From the NCBI GenBank assembly GCA_035940695.1, contig DASZEQ010000029.1, positions 106,548 to 170,547 of the forward strand: a stretch of 64,000 bases of DNA. The letters run 5' to 3'. Below, piece by piece: positions 54,215 through 63,345 of the stretch; position 1 is the stretch's first letter, and each line of letters opens with the position of its first letter. The translations under genes and the position numbers were made by a program. The notes under the pieces are model-generated. The model saw only the letters and a program-made list of their open reading frames with translations. It was not told where the DNA came from and did not search any database. The stretch comes from Pyrinomonadaceae bacterium (GTDB lineage: Bacteria; Acidobacteriota; Blastocatellia; Pyrinomonadales; Pyrinomonadaceae).

Positions 54215-55123
54215 TCAGGGCTGGTGGATGACGCGCCGCAGTTCGGCGGTGAAGCCGTCGAGGGTGGCGCGCACGAGCACCGCCGCGCGCCCTTTCGTGA
54301 AACGCGGCAGCCACGCGTGAATGGTCGCCACGCCGTCGCCGTCGGAACGCGTAGTTAAAATCAACGGGCGAAACTCCGTGCCGAGAACTTTGACCGTAAC
54401 GGGCACGTTCGCCGTCGCCTCGCGGCGGTCGCCCACGCCGCGACTGACACGGACGCGGATCGTCACCACTTCGCCCGCGTGAAATTCGCGCTCCTCCATC
54501 AGGCTCAAATGCAGCGCGCCTTCGGCTTCAACCTGAATGAAGTCGTCCTCCTCCTGCTTGCTTGCGGGGCGGACGGGTTCTACGTGCTGCGTTCTGGCGG
54601 GCGGTCTGGGTGACGGCTGCGGTTGGCTCATGGCAGGAGGAGGAGGCGGCGGCGGCGCAACTTCCAGCGGGACATCTTCCAGCGCGAGAATGTCGAACTC
54701 GTCCTCGATGGGTTGAAATTCAGGCGCGCGCGCTTCCACTATTGCCGGGGCGGTTTCGATAGTTTTCGCCGGAGCTTTCGCCGGGACGGATTTTGGCGCG
54801 GGCGGCGCGGCCGGTGTGGGCGGCGCGGGCGGCGCGACCACGTCGGCGTTCTCGCGCGGCGACAGGCGTTTGAGGTCTTCTATCCGCCCGGCTTTGACGG
54901 CGGCGCAGATGAGCTTGTGCTGGCGTTGGAGACGTTCGGTGAGGACGAGCGGGTCGAAGCCCGCGTTGATGAGGTCTTGATAAGGCGAACGCTTGCTCGC
55001 CAGAATCGCTCCGCCCACGTAGACGAGCGACAGGATTAGAGGCGTGTCGAGTCCTTTGTCTTCCGTCTGGACGTGGTACACGACGCCGTTAAACTCTATA
55101 TCCGTGTTGAAGCCAGTGATCAC
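54215..55123 (-). CDS. Hypothetical protein (conserved N-terminal domain, Pro-rich linker, C-terminal beta-rich domain)
   Basis: GTG start. [24 protein letters not shown]... N-terminus and a [13 protein letters not shown] linker. No recognised family. Confidence 0.65.
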   Translation of the reverse strand: MITGFNTDIEFNGVVYHVQTEDKGLDTPLILSLVYVGGAILASKRSPYQDLINAGFDPLVLTERLQRQHKLICAAVKAGRIEDLKRLSPRENADVVAPPAPPTPAAPPAPKSVPAKAPAKTIETAPAIVEARAPEFQPIEDEFDILALEDVPLEVAPPPPPPPAMSQPQPSPRPPARTQHVEPVRPASKQEEDDFIQVEAEGALHLSLMEEREFHAGEVVTIRVRVSRGVGDRREATANVPVTVKVLGTEFRPLILTTRSDGDGVATIHAWLPRFTKGRAAVLVRATLDGFTAELRRVIHQP

Positions 55124-55274
55124 AATGATTTCAGGAAAGCGCGCGGGCGCGGTGGTGGTGGTAAAACGCTACTCAAGAGTTGTCAACGGGGTCGCCGCTT
55201 CAAACAGTAACATAGCCCTCCGAAGAGGGTCAATCTCCTTATAAAAGGGGCTTTTGCGCGGTGCGCCCACTCCC

Positions 55275-55303
55275 TTGACACCCTTTAGACCTTGCACTAC
55301 CAT
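55275..55303 (+). promoter_or_regulatory. Sigma-70-like promoter of the nuo operon
   Basis: TTGACA, 17 nt, TACCAT. About 80 nt upstream of nuoA. Confidence 0.55.
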
Positions 55304-55380
55304 GACTTTGTGCCATCATTCTCAATCTAAATTTAGAGCAGCTTTACGCTCTTTTCAGCACAAGCTGACGGGAGGCCGGT

Positions 55381-55860
55381 GTGCGTAATTTCGACCTGAA
55401 AGATTACTTGCCGATCCTGCTGATGTTTCTCGTCGCGGGGGGTTTCGCGGGCGGCAACATCCTGCTGTCCCAACTCGTCGGGCAGCGCAAGCAGACGCGC
55501 ACGAAGTTGATGCCCTACGAGTGCGGCAAAGACCCCGTGGGGTCGGCGCGCGAACGCTTCTCGGTCAAGTTCTATCTGATCGCGATGATCTTCATTCTCT
55601 TCGACATCGAGTTGATCTTCCTGATGCCGTGGGCGGTGGTCTTCAAGTCGCTCGCGGCGCAAGGCGGGGCGATGCGGAATTTGATCTACGTCGAGATGAT
55701 GCTGTTCGTCGTGCTGCTCTTGGTCGGCTACGTCTACGTGTTGAAGAAGGGCTTGTTCGACTGGAACGAGCGGGCGCGCACAGAGGCCGAGGCCGAAGCC
55801 CGCGCGCTGGCTTTGAAAGAAGGCCGCAGGGCGGAGTTGGAACATCGCGCCGCAGCTTAG
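55381..55860 (+). CDS. nuoA: NADH-quinone oxidoreductase subunit A (with C-terminal extension)
   Basis: GTG start 5 nt after GGAGG. YECG...F.V.FYLIA..FILFD.E motif. Confidence 0.88.
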   Translation: MRNFDLKDYLPILLMFLVAGGFAGGNILLSQLVGQRKQTRTKLMPYECGKDPVGSARERFSVKFYLIAMIFILFDIELIFLMPWAVVFKSLAAQGGAMRNLIYVEMMLFVVLLLVGYVYVLKKGLFDWNERARTEAEAEARALALKEGRRAELEHRAAA

Positions 55861-55887
55861 CGGTGAGGGCGGTTCAGGAGTTTTACC

Positions 55888-56538
55888 ATGGGTCTCGAAA
55901 ATATACTCGCGGAAGCGTTGCCCGAAGTGTTGACGACGAAACTCGACTCGCTCGTCAACTGGGCGCGCAAGTCTTCTCTGTGGCCGGCGACGTTCGGCCT
56001 CGCCTGTTGCGCCATCGAAATGATGAACGCGACCAGTTCGCGCCACGACCTTGCGCGTTTCGGCTCGGAGGTGTTTCGCGCCAGCCCGCGACAAGCCGAC
56101 GTGATGATCGTCTCAGGCCGCGTCTCGCGCAAGATGGCTCCGGTGCTGCGTCGCATCTACGATCAAATGCCCGAACCGAAGTGGGTCATCTCGATGGGCG
56201 CGTGCGCCACTTCGGGCGGCGTCTTCGACAACTACGCTATCGTGCAGGGCGTGGACAAGATCGTGCCGGTGGACGTGTACGTTCCCGGTTGCCCGCCGCG
56301 CCCGGAGATGCTCATCAACGCCGTGATGATGTTGCAGGACAAGGTGATGAAAGAGTCTCTGCGCGACCGGCGCGACATCCCGGTCGAACAGGCGCGCGAG
56401 GCCGTCCCGCCGGGGACGCTGCCCGGCTCAGGCATCTCCGCTCTCAACGAAGCGGCGGCGCAGGATGCGGACGAGAAAGCAAACGTCTCGCGCCCCTACA
56501 CGATCCCCTCGCGCCACGAGCGGCGGCGTTCATCTTAA
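55888..56538 (+). CDS. nuoB: NADH-quinone oxidoreductase subunit B
   Basis: [30 protein letters not shown] and GCPPRPE Fe-S ligand motifs. About 45-aa C-terminal extension. Confidence 0.95.
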   Translation: MGLENILAEALPEVLTTKLDSLVNWARKSSLWPATFGLACCAIEMMNATSSRHDLARFGSEVFRASPRQADVMIVSGRVSRKMAPVLRRIYDQMPEPKWVISMGACATSGGVFDNYAIVQGVDKIVPVDVYVPGCPPRPEMLINAVMMLQDKVMKESLRDRRDIPVEQAREAVPPGTLPGSGISALNEAAAQDADEKANVSRPYTIPSRHERRRSS

Positions 56539-56548
56539 AAATAGCACT

Positions 56549-56626
56549 CGGCCGTCAGCTATCAGCGGTCAGCCGGACAGGCTGCATTTGCTCATAGCTG
56601 ATGGCTGATAGCTGACGGCTGACAGC
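56549..56626. repeat. Heptamer-hairpin element, GCTGAYR family (nuoB-nuoC junction)
   Basis: cggccgtcagctatcagcggtcagc, then loop, then gctgatg gctgata gctgacg gctgaca gc. Ends 5 nt before the nuoC ATG. Confidence 0.9.
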
Positions 56627-56631
56627 TTCTT

Positions 56632-57177
56632 ATGAGCAAAGATATCGAGCGCGAACAGGCGATAGCCGGGCAGGCGGCCGAAGAACCGTTGAAGGATCAG
56701 GCGGGGTCGCAGTTGATCTCCGTGCTGCAAGAGACGCACGCGGACGCGGTTTCGGAAGTGATTCAGGCGTTCGGCGAGATCACGATTGTCGTGCCGCGCG
56801 AGCACCTCGTCGAGTTGTGCGAGTACCTGAAGACCGCGCCGCAGTTCGGTTTCAACATGCTCGCGGACATCTGCGGCGTTGATCGCGGCCCGGAGGAAGA
56901 CCCGCGTTTTGAAGTCAACTATCATCTCTTTTCCACGACGAGATTTCATCGCCTGCGTCTGAAGGTGGTGGTGAGCGAAGAGAGCGCGAGTGTGCCGACC
57001 GTGACGGGCGTGTGGCGCACGGCCAACTGGCACGAGCGCGAAACCTTCGATATGTTCGGCGTCCGTTTCGACGGCCACCCCGACCTGCGGCGCATCCTCC
57101 TGCCCGACGACTGGCAGGGGCACGCGCTCCGCAAAGACTTTCCGCTGCGCGGCTACGAGCCGTACAGCCTTTCGTAG
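56632..57177 (+). CDS. nuoC: NADH-quinone oxidoreductase subunit C
   Basis: ERE..DMFG..F.GHPDLRRIL motif. Confidence 0.93.
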   Translation: MSKDIEREQAIAGQAAEEPLKDQAGSQLISVLQETHADAVSEVIQAFGEITIVVPREHLVELCEYLKTAPQFGFNMLADICGVDRGPEEDPRFEVNYHLFSTTRFHRLRLKVVVSEESASVPTVTGVWRTANWHERETFDMFGVRFDGHPDLRRILLPDDWQGHALRKDFPLRGYEPYSLS

Positions 57178-57178
57178 C

Positions 57179-57259
57179 GTTTCGAGTTTCCGGTTTCGGG
57201 TTTCAAGTTAAAAACTTCAGACCTGAGACTTGAAACTTGAAACCTGAAACTTGAAACTT
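57179..57259. repeat. Heptamer-hairpin element, GTTTCNR/CTTGAAA family (nuoC-nuoD junction)
   Basis: gtttcga gtttccg gtttcgg gtttcaa gtt, loop aaaa, then acttcag acctgag acttgaa acttgaa acctgaa acttgaa actt. Abuts ATG 57260. Confidence 0.9.
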
Positions 57260-58471
57260 ATGGTCGCAAATTTACCGCCGCAGTTTGAGGTTGTCGATCA
57301 ACCGTTCGACACGCAGATGACGATCTCGATGGGGCCGCAGCACCCTTCGACGCACGGCGTCCTGCGCCTCGAACTCGTGCTCGACGGCGAGATGGTCGTG
57401 AAATGTACGCCCGACATCGGCTATCTCCACACGGGGATGGAGAAGCTGTTCGAGTACAAAAAGTACCAGCAAGGCATCGTCATCACCGACCGGATGGACT
57501 ACCTGAATCCGCTCGGCAACAACCTCTGTTATGTGATGGCGGTGGAGAAACTGCTCGGCCTCGAAATCCCGGAACGCGCGCAGGTGATTCGCGTGCTGAT
57601 GTGCGAATTGCAGCGCATCGCTTCGCACATGGTCTGGTTGGGGACGCACGCGCTCGACATCGGCGCGATGACCGTCTTCTTCTACGCCTTCCGCGAGCGC
57701 GAGAAGATTTTGAACTTGATCGAAGCCGCTTCGGGCGGCCGCCTGACGCCGTCCTACTTCCGCATCGGCGGTTTGATGATGGACTTGCCCGCGGGCTTCG
57801 AGCGTCGCGCGCGGCAGTTCATGGACGGATTTCCGAAGGCCATTGACGAGTTCGAGACGCTGCTCTCAGGCAACCGTATTTTCCAGACGCGCACGCAGGG
57901 CGTCGGCATCATCACGGCCGAGGATGCGATTGACATGGGCGTCACGGGGCCGTGCCTGCGCGGCAGCGGCGTCGGCGTCGATGTGCGGCGCACGAACCCT
58001 TACACGGGTTATGAAACTTACGACTTCGAGATTCCGGTCGAGCAGAGTTGCGACGTGTGGGCGCGCTACGTCGTCCGCATGCGCGAACTACGCGAGTCTC
58101 TGAAGATCGCGCGGCAGGCTCTCGGCCGTCTGAAGCCGGGTGCGGTCAAGGCCGACGCGCCGAAAGTCGTCCTGCCGGATCGCGAGGCGATGAAGACGCA
58201 CATGGACGCGTTGATTCATCACTTCCTGATCGTGGCCGAGGGCTTCAACGTCCCGGCGGGCGAAATTTATCACCCGATTGAAGGCTCGAAGGGCGAACTC
58301 GGCTGCTACGTGAGATCGGACGGCGGGCCGAAGCCCGCGCGCGTACACTTTCGCGGCCCTTCGTTCATCAACCTCTCCGCCCTGCCCCACATGGCCGAGG
58401 GCGAGATGGTCGCGGACGTGGTCGCCATCATCGGTTCACTCGACATCGTGCTCGGCGAAATTGATAGATAG
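57260..58471 (+). CDS. nuoD: NADH-quinone oxidoreductase subunit D
   Basis: GPQHPSTHGVLR and HRGMEK-like HTGMEK motifs. Start taken at ATG 57260 (MVANLPPQ), because the track TTG at 57251 lies inside the repeat. Confidence 0.95.
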   Translation: MVANLPPQFEVVDQPFDTQMTISMGPQHPSTHGVLRLELVLDGEMVVKCTPDIGYLHTGMEKLFEYKKYQQGIVITDRMDYLNPLGNNLCYVMAVEKLLGLEIPERAQVIRVLMCELQRIASHMVWLGTHALDIGAMTVFFYAFREREKILNLIEAASGGRLTPSYFRIGGLMMDLPAGFERRARQFMDGFPKAIDEFETLLSGNRIFQTRTQGVGIITAEDAIDMGVTGPCLRGSGVGVDVRRTNPYTGYETYDFEIPVEQSCDVWARYVVRMRELRESLKIARQALGRLKPGAVKADAPKVVLPDREAMKTHMDALIHHFLIVAEGFNVPAGEIYHPIEGSKGELGCYVRSDGGPKPARVHFRGPSFINLSALPHMAEGEMVADVVAIIGSLDIVLGEIDR

Positions 58472-58474
58472 CAT

Positions 58475-58546
58475 TCAGCTATCAGCTATCAGCGTTCGGC
58501 CGAACCGGTTGAATTTGCTGAAAGCTGACGGCTGATGGCTGACAGC
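58475..58546. repeat. Heptamer-hairpin element, GCTGAYR family (nuoD-nuoE junction)
   Basis: tcagctatcagctatcagc, then loop, then gctgaaa gctgacg gctgatg gctgaca gc. Ends 6 nt before the nuoE ATG. Confidence 0.9.
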
Positions 58547-58552
58547 TTCTTT

Positions 58553-59110
58553 ATGAGTAAACAGTTCACGCCCAACAATCCTTTGCCGCAGGAAGCGCCC
58601 GTGCCGGATGAGATCGCCACGTTTTCGGCGGCGGTCGAAGCGGAGATCGACGGGCATCTGGCGAAGTACCCGTTGAAGCGTTCGGCGATTCTGCCGCTCA
58701 TGTTCATCGTGCAGCGCGAGCGCGGTTATCTGGACAAGCCGGGCGTGGCCTATCTCGCGGATCGTCTGGGCGTGCGCGTCACGGACATCTGGGAGGTGGC
58801 GACCTTCTACTCGATGATCAATACCGAGCCGGTCGGCAAGTATCACCTGCAAGTTTGCCGCACGCTCTCGTGCAAGATCGTCGGCGCGGACAAGATCACG
58901 GAACACTGCGCGAAACGCCTCGGCATCAAGCCCGGCGAGACGACCGAAGACGGGCAGTTTTCGCTCTCCGAAGTTGAATGTCTCGGCTCGTGCGGCACAG
59001 CCCCGATGATGCAGATCGGGTTCGACTATCACGAGAACCTGACGCCGGAGAAGGTGGACGAACTGATCGAACGTTGTCGCAGCAATCAACTCTCGAACGG
59101 CGTGCGCTAA
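58553..59110 (+). CDS. nuoE: NADH-quinone oxidoreductase subunit E
   Basis: 2Fe-2S ligands (VCRTLSC ... CLGSCGTAPMM). Start taken at ATG 58553 (MSKQFTP), because the track start 58535 lies inside the repeat. Confidence 0.93.
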   Translation: MSKQFTPNNPLPQEAPVPDEIATFSAAVEAEIDGHLAKYPLKRSAILPLMFIVQRERGYLDKPGVAYLADRLGVRVTDIWEVATFYSMINTEPVGKYHLQVCRTLSCKIVGADKITEHCAKRLGIKPGETTEDGQFSLSEVECLGSCGTAPMMQIGFDYHENLTPEKVDELIERCRSNQLSNGVR

Positions 59111-59140
59111 AGTTTCTCGAAAATTTAAAGGCTCGATTTT

Positions 59141-60475
59141 TTGTCTCCTGTAAAGAATATGTTTATCGGTGCAATCGGTTGCGAACCGCTACAACTCGCA
59201 CGCGTCGGTCTGGAGCGTTCCGAGACGCTCGAAACCTACCGGAAGCACGGCGGCTACGAGTCGCTCGGCAAGGTACTGGGCGGCATGTCGCCCGACGACG
59301 TAATCGGCGAGTTGAAGAAGTCCGCGCTGCGCGGGCGCGGCGGGGCGGGTTTCCCCACGGGCATGAAGTGGAGTTTCGTGCCGAAGGATTCGCCGAAGCC
59401 GAAATACGTCGTCTGCAACGCGGACGAGTCGGAGCCGGGCACCTTCAAAGACCGCTACATCATGGAACGCGACCCGCACATGCTGATCGAAGGCATGCTC
59501 ATCGCCGCCTACGCGCTCGGCTCGAAGACCTGTTACATCTACACGCGCGGCGAATATCGCTATCTCATCGAGATCATGGATCGCGCGATTGAAGAGGCGC
59601 GTGCGGCCGGGTTGGTCGGCGAAAAGATTCTGGGAACGGACTTCGGGTGCGAGGTTTACACGCATTCGGGCGCGGGCGCGTACATCTGCGGCGAAGAGAC
59701 CGCGCTCTTGAACTCGCTCGAAGGCTTGCGCGGCCACCCGCGCATGAAGCCGCCCTTCCCCGCCGTCGCGGGTCTCTACGGCTGCCCCACGGTCGTCAAC
59801 AACGTCGAGACTTTGACCGCCGTGCCGGACATCATCAGGATGGGCGGCGAGGCGTATCAAAAGTTGGGCACGGAGAAGAGCGGCGGCACGAAGCTCTGGT
59901 CGGTCAGCGGTCACGTCAACCGCCCCGGCGTGTACGAGTTGCCGATGGGCTACGCGGACATGGAAAAGTTCATCATGGAGGACTGTCAGGGCATCCCGAA
60001 CGGGCGCAAGCTCAAGGCCGTGATTCCGGGCGGGTCGAGCGTCTACATCATGCCCGCGTCCGACATCGTGGGCAAGAAAGTGACGATGGATTACGAGGGA
60101 CTTGTGGCCGCCGGTTCGATGGTCGGGTCGGGCGGCTTCATCGTGATGGACGACACGGTGGACATCTTTGAATCCACGAAAAACCTGACCGAGTTTTACA
60201 AGCACGAATCGTGCGGCTGGTGTACGCCCTGCCGCGAAGGTACGGACTGGCTCGTCAAAGTTTTTAAGCGCATCGCGCGCGGCGAAGGCAAGGCGGACGA
60301 CGCGCAATTGCTTCTCGACCTGTGCGACAACATCGAAGGCAAGTCGTTTTGCCCGCTCGGCGATGCCGCTTCGTGGCCGATCCAGTCGGCCATCAAGAAA
60401 TTCCCGGAAGACTTCCGACGCCATCTCGCGCCGCTCGCCAAGAGCGAAGCGTTGCCGACGATGGCGGGCGGTTGA
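59141..60475 (+). CDS. nuoF: NADH-quinone oxidoreductase subunit F
   Basis: GRGGAGFPTG FMN/NADH motif, ESCGWCTPCREG 4Fe-4S motif. The start could be TTG 59141 or ATG 59159. Confidence 0.95.
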   Translation: MSPVKNMFIGAIGCEPLQLARVGLERSETLETYRKHGGYESLGKVLGGMSPDDVIGELKKSALRGRGGAGFPTGMKWSFVPKDSPKPKYVVCNADESEPGTFKDRYIMERDPHMLIEGMLIAAYALGSKTCYIYTRGEYRYLIEIMDRAIEEARAAGLVGEKILGTDFGCEVYTHSGAGAYICGEETALLNSLEGLRGHPRMKPPFPAVAGLYGCPTVVNNVETLTAVPDIIRMGGEAYQKLGTEKSGGTKLWSVSGHVNRPGVYELPMGYADMEKFIMEDCQGIPNGRKLKAVIPGGSSVYIMPASDIVGKKVTMDYEGLVAAGSMVGSGGFIVMDDTVDIFESTKNLTEFYKHESCGWCTPCREGTDWLVKVFKRIARGEGKADDAQLLLDLCDNIEGKSFCPLGDAASWPIQSAIKKFPEDFRRHLAPLAKSEALPTMAGG

Positions 60476-60510
60476 AAGGCGGCACAAAGATTCGACGGTG
60501 GGGGCGACCG

Positions 60511-60930
60511 ATGAAAAGAGCTAAAGCGTTCATCCTCTCGCTTGCGCTGCTGCTGGGCGCGTCGAGCGTGCCCAGCATGCCCGTAGCGGCGGAAAGTTTT
60601 TCGTGGGGCGCGGCGGGACAATGCCGGGGCACGGACGTGCCCGTCCGAAAACAGTTGCGCTTCGGGCGCGGGCGCACAACGGCGGTCGTGCGGGACAGGA
60701 TCAAACTCTGCACGAGCCACGACTATTATCTCCGCGCGCGCCGTGGGCAGCGGATGAGCGTCCATCTCGTCGCGGGCAAAAAAACTTCCTTCACGGTTTA
60801 CGCGCCGACCGACCGCCTCTCCGACGGCGAGTGGGACTGGACGGGCGAATTGCCGGAGGATGGCGAATATCGGATCAGTATCGGCACGGACGTAACGGCG
60901 AGCTACACACTGGAAGTCACGATTCGTTAA
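60511..60930 (+). CDS. Small secreted hypothetical protein encoded inside the nuo operon
   Basis: ATG 60511 (MKRAKAFILSLALLLGASSVPSMPVAA signal peptide), 139 aa, beta-rich (YYLRARRGQRMSVHL...FTVYAP...GEYRISIG...YTLEVTI). The track ORF extends upstream into nuoF. Confidence 0.6.
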   Translation: MKRAKAFILSLALLLGASSVPSMPVAAESFSWGAAGQCRGTDVPVRKQLRFGRGRTTAVVRDRIKLCTSHDYYLRARRGQRMSVHLVAGKKTSFTVYAPTDRLSDGEWDWTGELPEDGEYRISIGTDVTASYTLEVTIR

Positions 60931-60939
60931 TTTAAAAGC

Positions 60940-63240
60940 ATGTCTACCGAACTTATAAAAGTCACGATCAACGGCAACCTCTACGAGGTGGAGAAAGGCG
61001 CGCGTCTCATCGACGTGTGCCGCGAGAAGGGGCACGCCGTCCCCTCCTTCTGTTACTACGCAGACCTCGCGCTGCAAGCCTCTTGCCGCATGTGTCTCGT
61101 GCGGATCGAGAAGATGCCGAAGTTGCAAACGTCGTGCACGATCACCTGCACGGACGGCATGAGCGTCACGACCGAGAGCGAGGAGATCGAGAAGGCGCAG
61201 CGCGGGATGGTGGAATTCCTACTGGCGAATCACCCGCTCGATTGCCCTGTCTGCGACCGTGGCGGCGAATGCGAGTTGCAGGAGATGGTCTTCGACTGGG
61301 GCGGCCTCGAAGAACGCTTTCAGGAGAAGAAAAACTACTACCCCGAAAAATTCCTCTCCCCCATCGTCGCCAACGACCCGCAGCGTTGCATCCTGTGCAA
61401 ACGCTGCACGCGCGTCTGCGACGAGTGGATGGGCGAGGACGCGATTGAAGCGGGCGGGCGCGGCGCGAACACCGTCATCGGCACGTTCGACGGCTGGCTC
61501 AACTGCTCGCAGTGCGGCAACTGCATCGAAGTCTGCCCGACGGGCACTCTGCTCGATGCGACCTACAGGCATCAAGCGCGCCCGTGGGAACTCTCGCAGA
61601 CCACGACGACCTGCAACTTCTGCTCCGACGGCTGCCAGATGTCTCTGGGGTCGCGTGCGGGCGAAGTGATGCGTTCCGTGGCGCGCGACCGCTACGTCAA
61701 CGGCATCAACGGCGAGTTTCTCTGTATCAAAGGCCGCTTCGCGCACCCTTTCATCAATCACGAGGAGCGCATCAAGACGCCGCTCATCCGTTACAAGAAG
61801 GGCGGCAAGTTGATCCCGGCGACGTGGGACGAGGCCATCCGGCACACGGCGGCGAAACTGCAAGAGATCAGGCAAGCGCACGGCGGCGACTCAATCGGCG
61901 TCGTCGGCAGCCCGCGCCTGACGAACGAGGCCAACTACGCGTTGCTCAAATTCGCGCGCGAGGTGTTGGCGACGAACAACTACACGGCGACCGACGCTTT
62001 CTCGCTCGCGCCGTTCTTCGCAAACCTGAGCGCGCCGCTCGCCACGCACCGCGACATTCGCCACGCCAAGACGCTCATCGTCATCGGCGGCGAGCCGGAA
62101 GAGTTGCAGCCGCTCACGGGTCGCCAGATCAGGCAGGCCGTCCGAAACGGCGGCGCGAAACTCGTCATCGTCAACAGCGTGCCGATCCGCCTGAAACAAG
62201 CGGCGACGCAGTTCATACACATGAATCCCGGCGCGGACGACGCGGCCGTGCTCGCCTTCGCGGGCAACGAATACGCGACGGCCGCGCACAAGATGGGCGT
62301 CGAAGCGCAGGAGTTGGTTGACGCGCGGCGCATCATCGAAGAGACGAAGGGCGATGTCGTCGTCATGTTCGGCGAGTTGAGCGCGACGGCGCAGACCGCG
62401 CTGGCGAACATCGCCACGGCTTACGGCGAGAGCGAAGGACGACGCTTCCTGTTTCACCCGTTGCCGCTCTACAACAACAGCATCGGCGTGCACGACCTCG
62501 GCCTGTTGAACGGCGCGCTCGACGCCGAGGGCATGCTCGACGCGGCGGGCGCAACGTTGCGCGCGCTCTACGTCGCGGGCAGCTTCCTGCCGCGACATCT
62601 CGCGGGGCGCGGCGACGCGCTCTCGAAGTTGGACTTCCTCGTCGTGCAGGAGATGTTCGAGACCGAGACGACGCGCCACGCAGACGTGGTCTTCCCCGCC
62701 GCCTCTTACGCGGAGACGGACGGAACGTTCACGAACAACAGCGGCCTCGTCCAGCGCGTGCGCCAGTCGATCCCGCCCGTCCACCAATCGCGGCCGGACT
62801 GGATGATCACGGACGCGCTCGCGCTCGCGCTCGGCGTAAATTTCGACTTCCAGTGGTCGGCCGGTAAAGTCTTTCTCGAACTCGCGCGCAACACGACCGC
62901 CTATGCCGGGATGAAGTACGCCCTATTGAAAGACGAGTCGCAGCCCGTACAGGCGAGGCACGCGGTCGCCGGAGAGGGCGACAACGCGGCGGTGGCGAGC
63001 GCGCTCCAAGACCTGCGCGCGACGGTCGAAGCGTTGAGCATCGAGGGCGAAAAGATCGAGGGCACGCCGCCCATCGGCCACGAACTGTTCAAGCCGGGCA
63101 CGCTGACGAGCAAGACGCCGCAGTTCCCCCTGCTCGACGCAGGCAACCCGAAGCCGCCCACGGTGCTCGTGTCGCCGCTCTATCAAATTTCCGTTGACCC
63201 GGCGCTGCGCCGCGCAACGGTGGTCGCCGCCGGAGACTGA
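60940..63240 (+). CDS. nuoG: NADH-quinone oxidoreductase subunit G
   Basis: N-terminal 2Fe-2S (CYYADLALQASCRMC), HxxxCxxCxxxxxC, 4Fe-4S motifs (CILCKRCTRVC, CSQCGNCIEVCP) and a molybdopterin-oxidoreductase-like domain. Confidence 0.93.
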   Translation: MSTELIKVTINGNLYEVEKGARLIDVCREKGHAVPSFCYYADLALQASCRMCLVRIEKMPKLQTSCTITCTDGMSVTTESEEIEKAQRGMVEFLLANHPLDCPVCDRGGECELQEMVFDWGGLEERFQEKKNYYPEKFLSPIVANDPQRCILCKRCTRVCDEWMGEDAIEAGGRGANTVIGTFDGWLNCSQCGNCIEVCPTGTLLDATYRHQARPWELSQTTTTCNFCSDGCQMSLGSRAGEVMRSVARDRYVNGINGEFLCIKGRFAHPFINHEERIKTPLIRYKKGGKLIPATWDEAIRHTAAKLQEIRQAHGGDSIGVVGSPRLTNEANYALLKFAREVLATNNYTATDAFSLAPFFANLSAPLATHRDIRHAKTLIVIGGEPEELQPLTGRQIRQAVRNGGAKLVIVNSVPIRLKQAATQFIHMNPGADDAAVLAFAGNEYATAAHKMGVEAQELVDARRIIEETKGDVVVMFGELSATAQTALANIATAYGESEGRRFLFHPLPLYNNSIGVHDLGLLNGALDAEGMLDAAGATLRALYVAGSFLPRHLAGRGDALSKLDFLVVQEMFETETTRHADVVFPAASYAETDGTFTNNSGLVQRVRQSIPPVHQSRPDWMITDALALALGVNFDFQWSAGKVFLELARNTTAYAGMKYALLKDESQPVQARHAVAGEGDNAAVASALQDLRATVEALSIEGEKIEGTPPIGHELFKPGTLTSKTPQFPLLDAGNPKPPTVLVSPLYQISVDPALRRATVVAAGD

Positions 63241-63339
63241 AAGGAGGAGTGAGGGCAGAAGGGTGACGGATGAATAAGAACGCCGCTCGCGCGTTTGGCT
63301 TACACATCTTCATCCCTTTGCCCTCCGCCCTCATCCCTT
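63241..63339. repeat. Heptamer-hairpin-like element, GAAGGGN/GAGGGNN family (nuoG-nuoH junction), imperfect
   Basis: Purine arm aaggagg agtgagg gcagaag ggtgacg gatgaat. Pyrimidine arm tcttcatccctttgccctccgccctcatccctt. Ends 6 nt before the nuoH ATG. Confidence 0.6.
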
Positions 63340-63345
63340 AATTCT

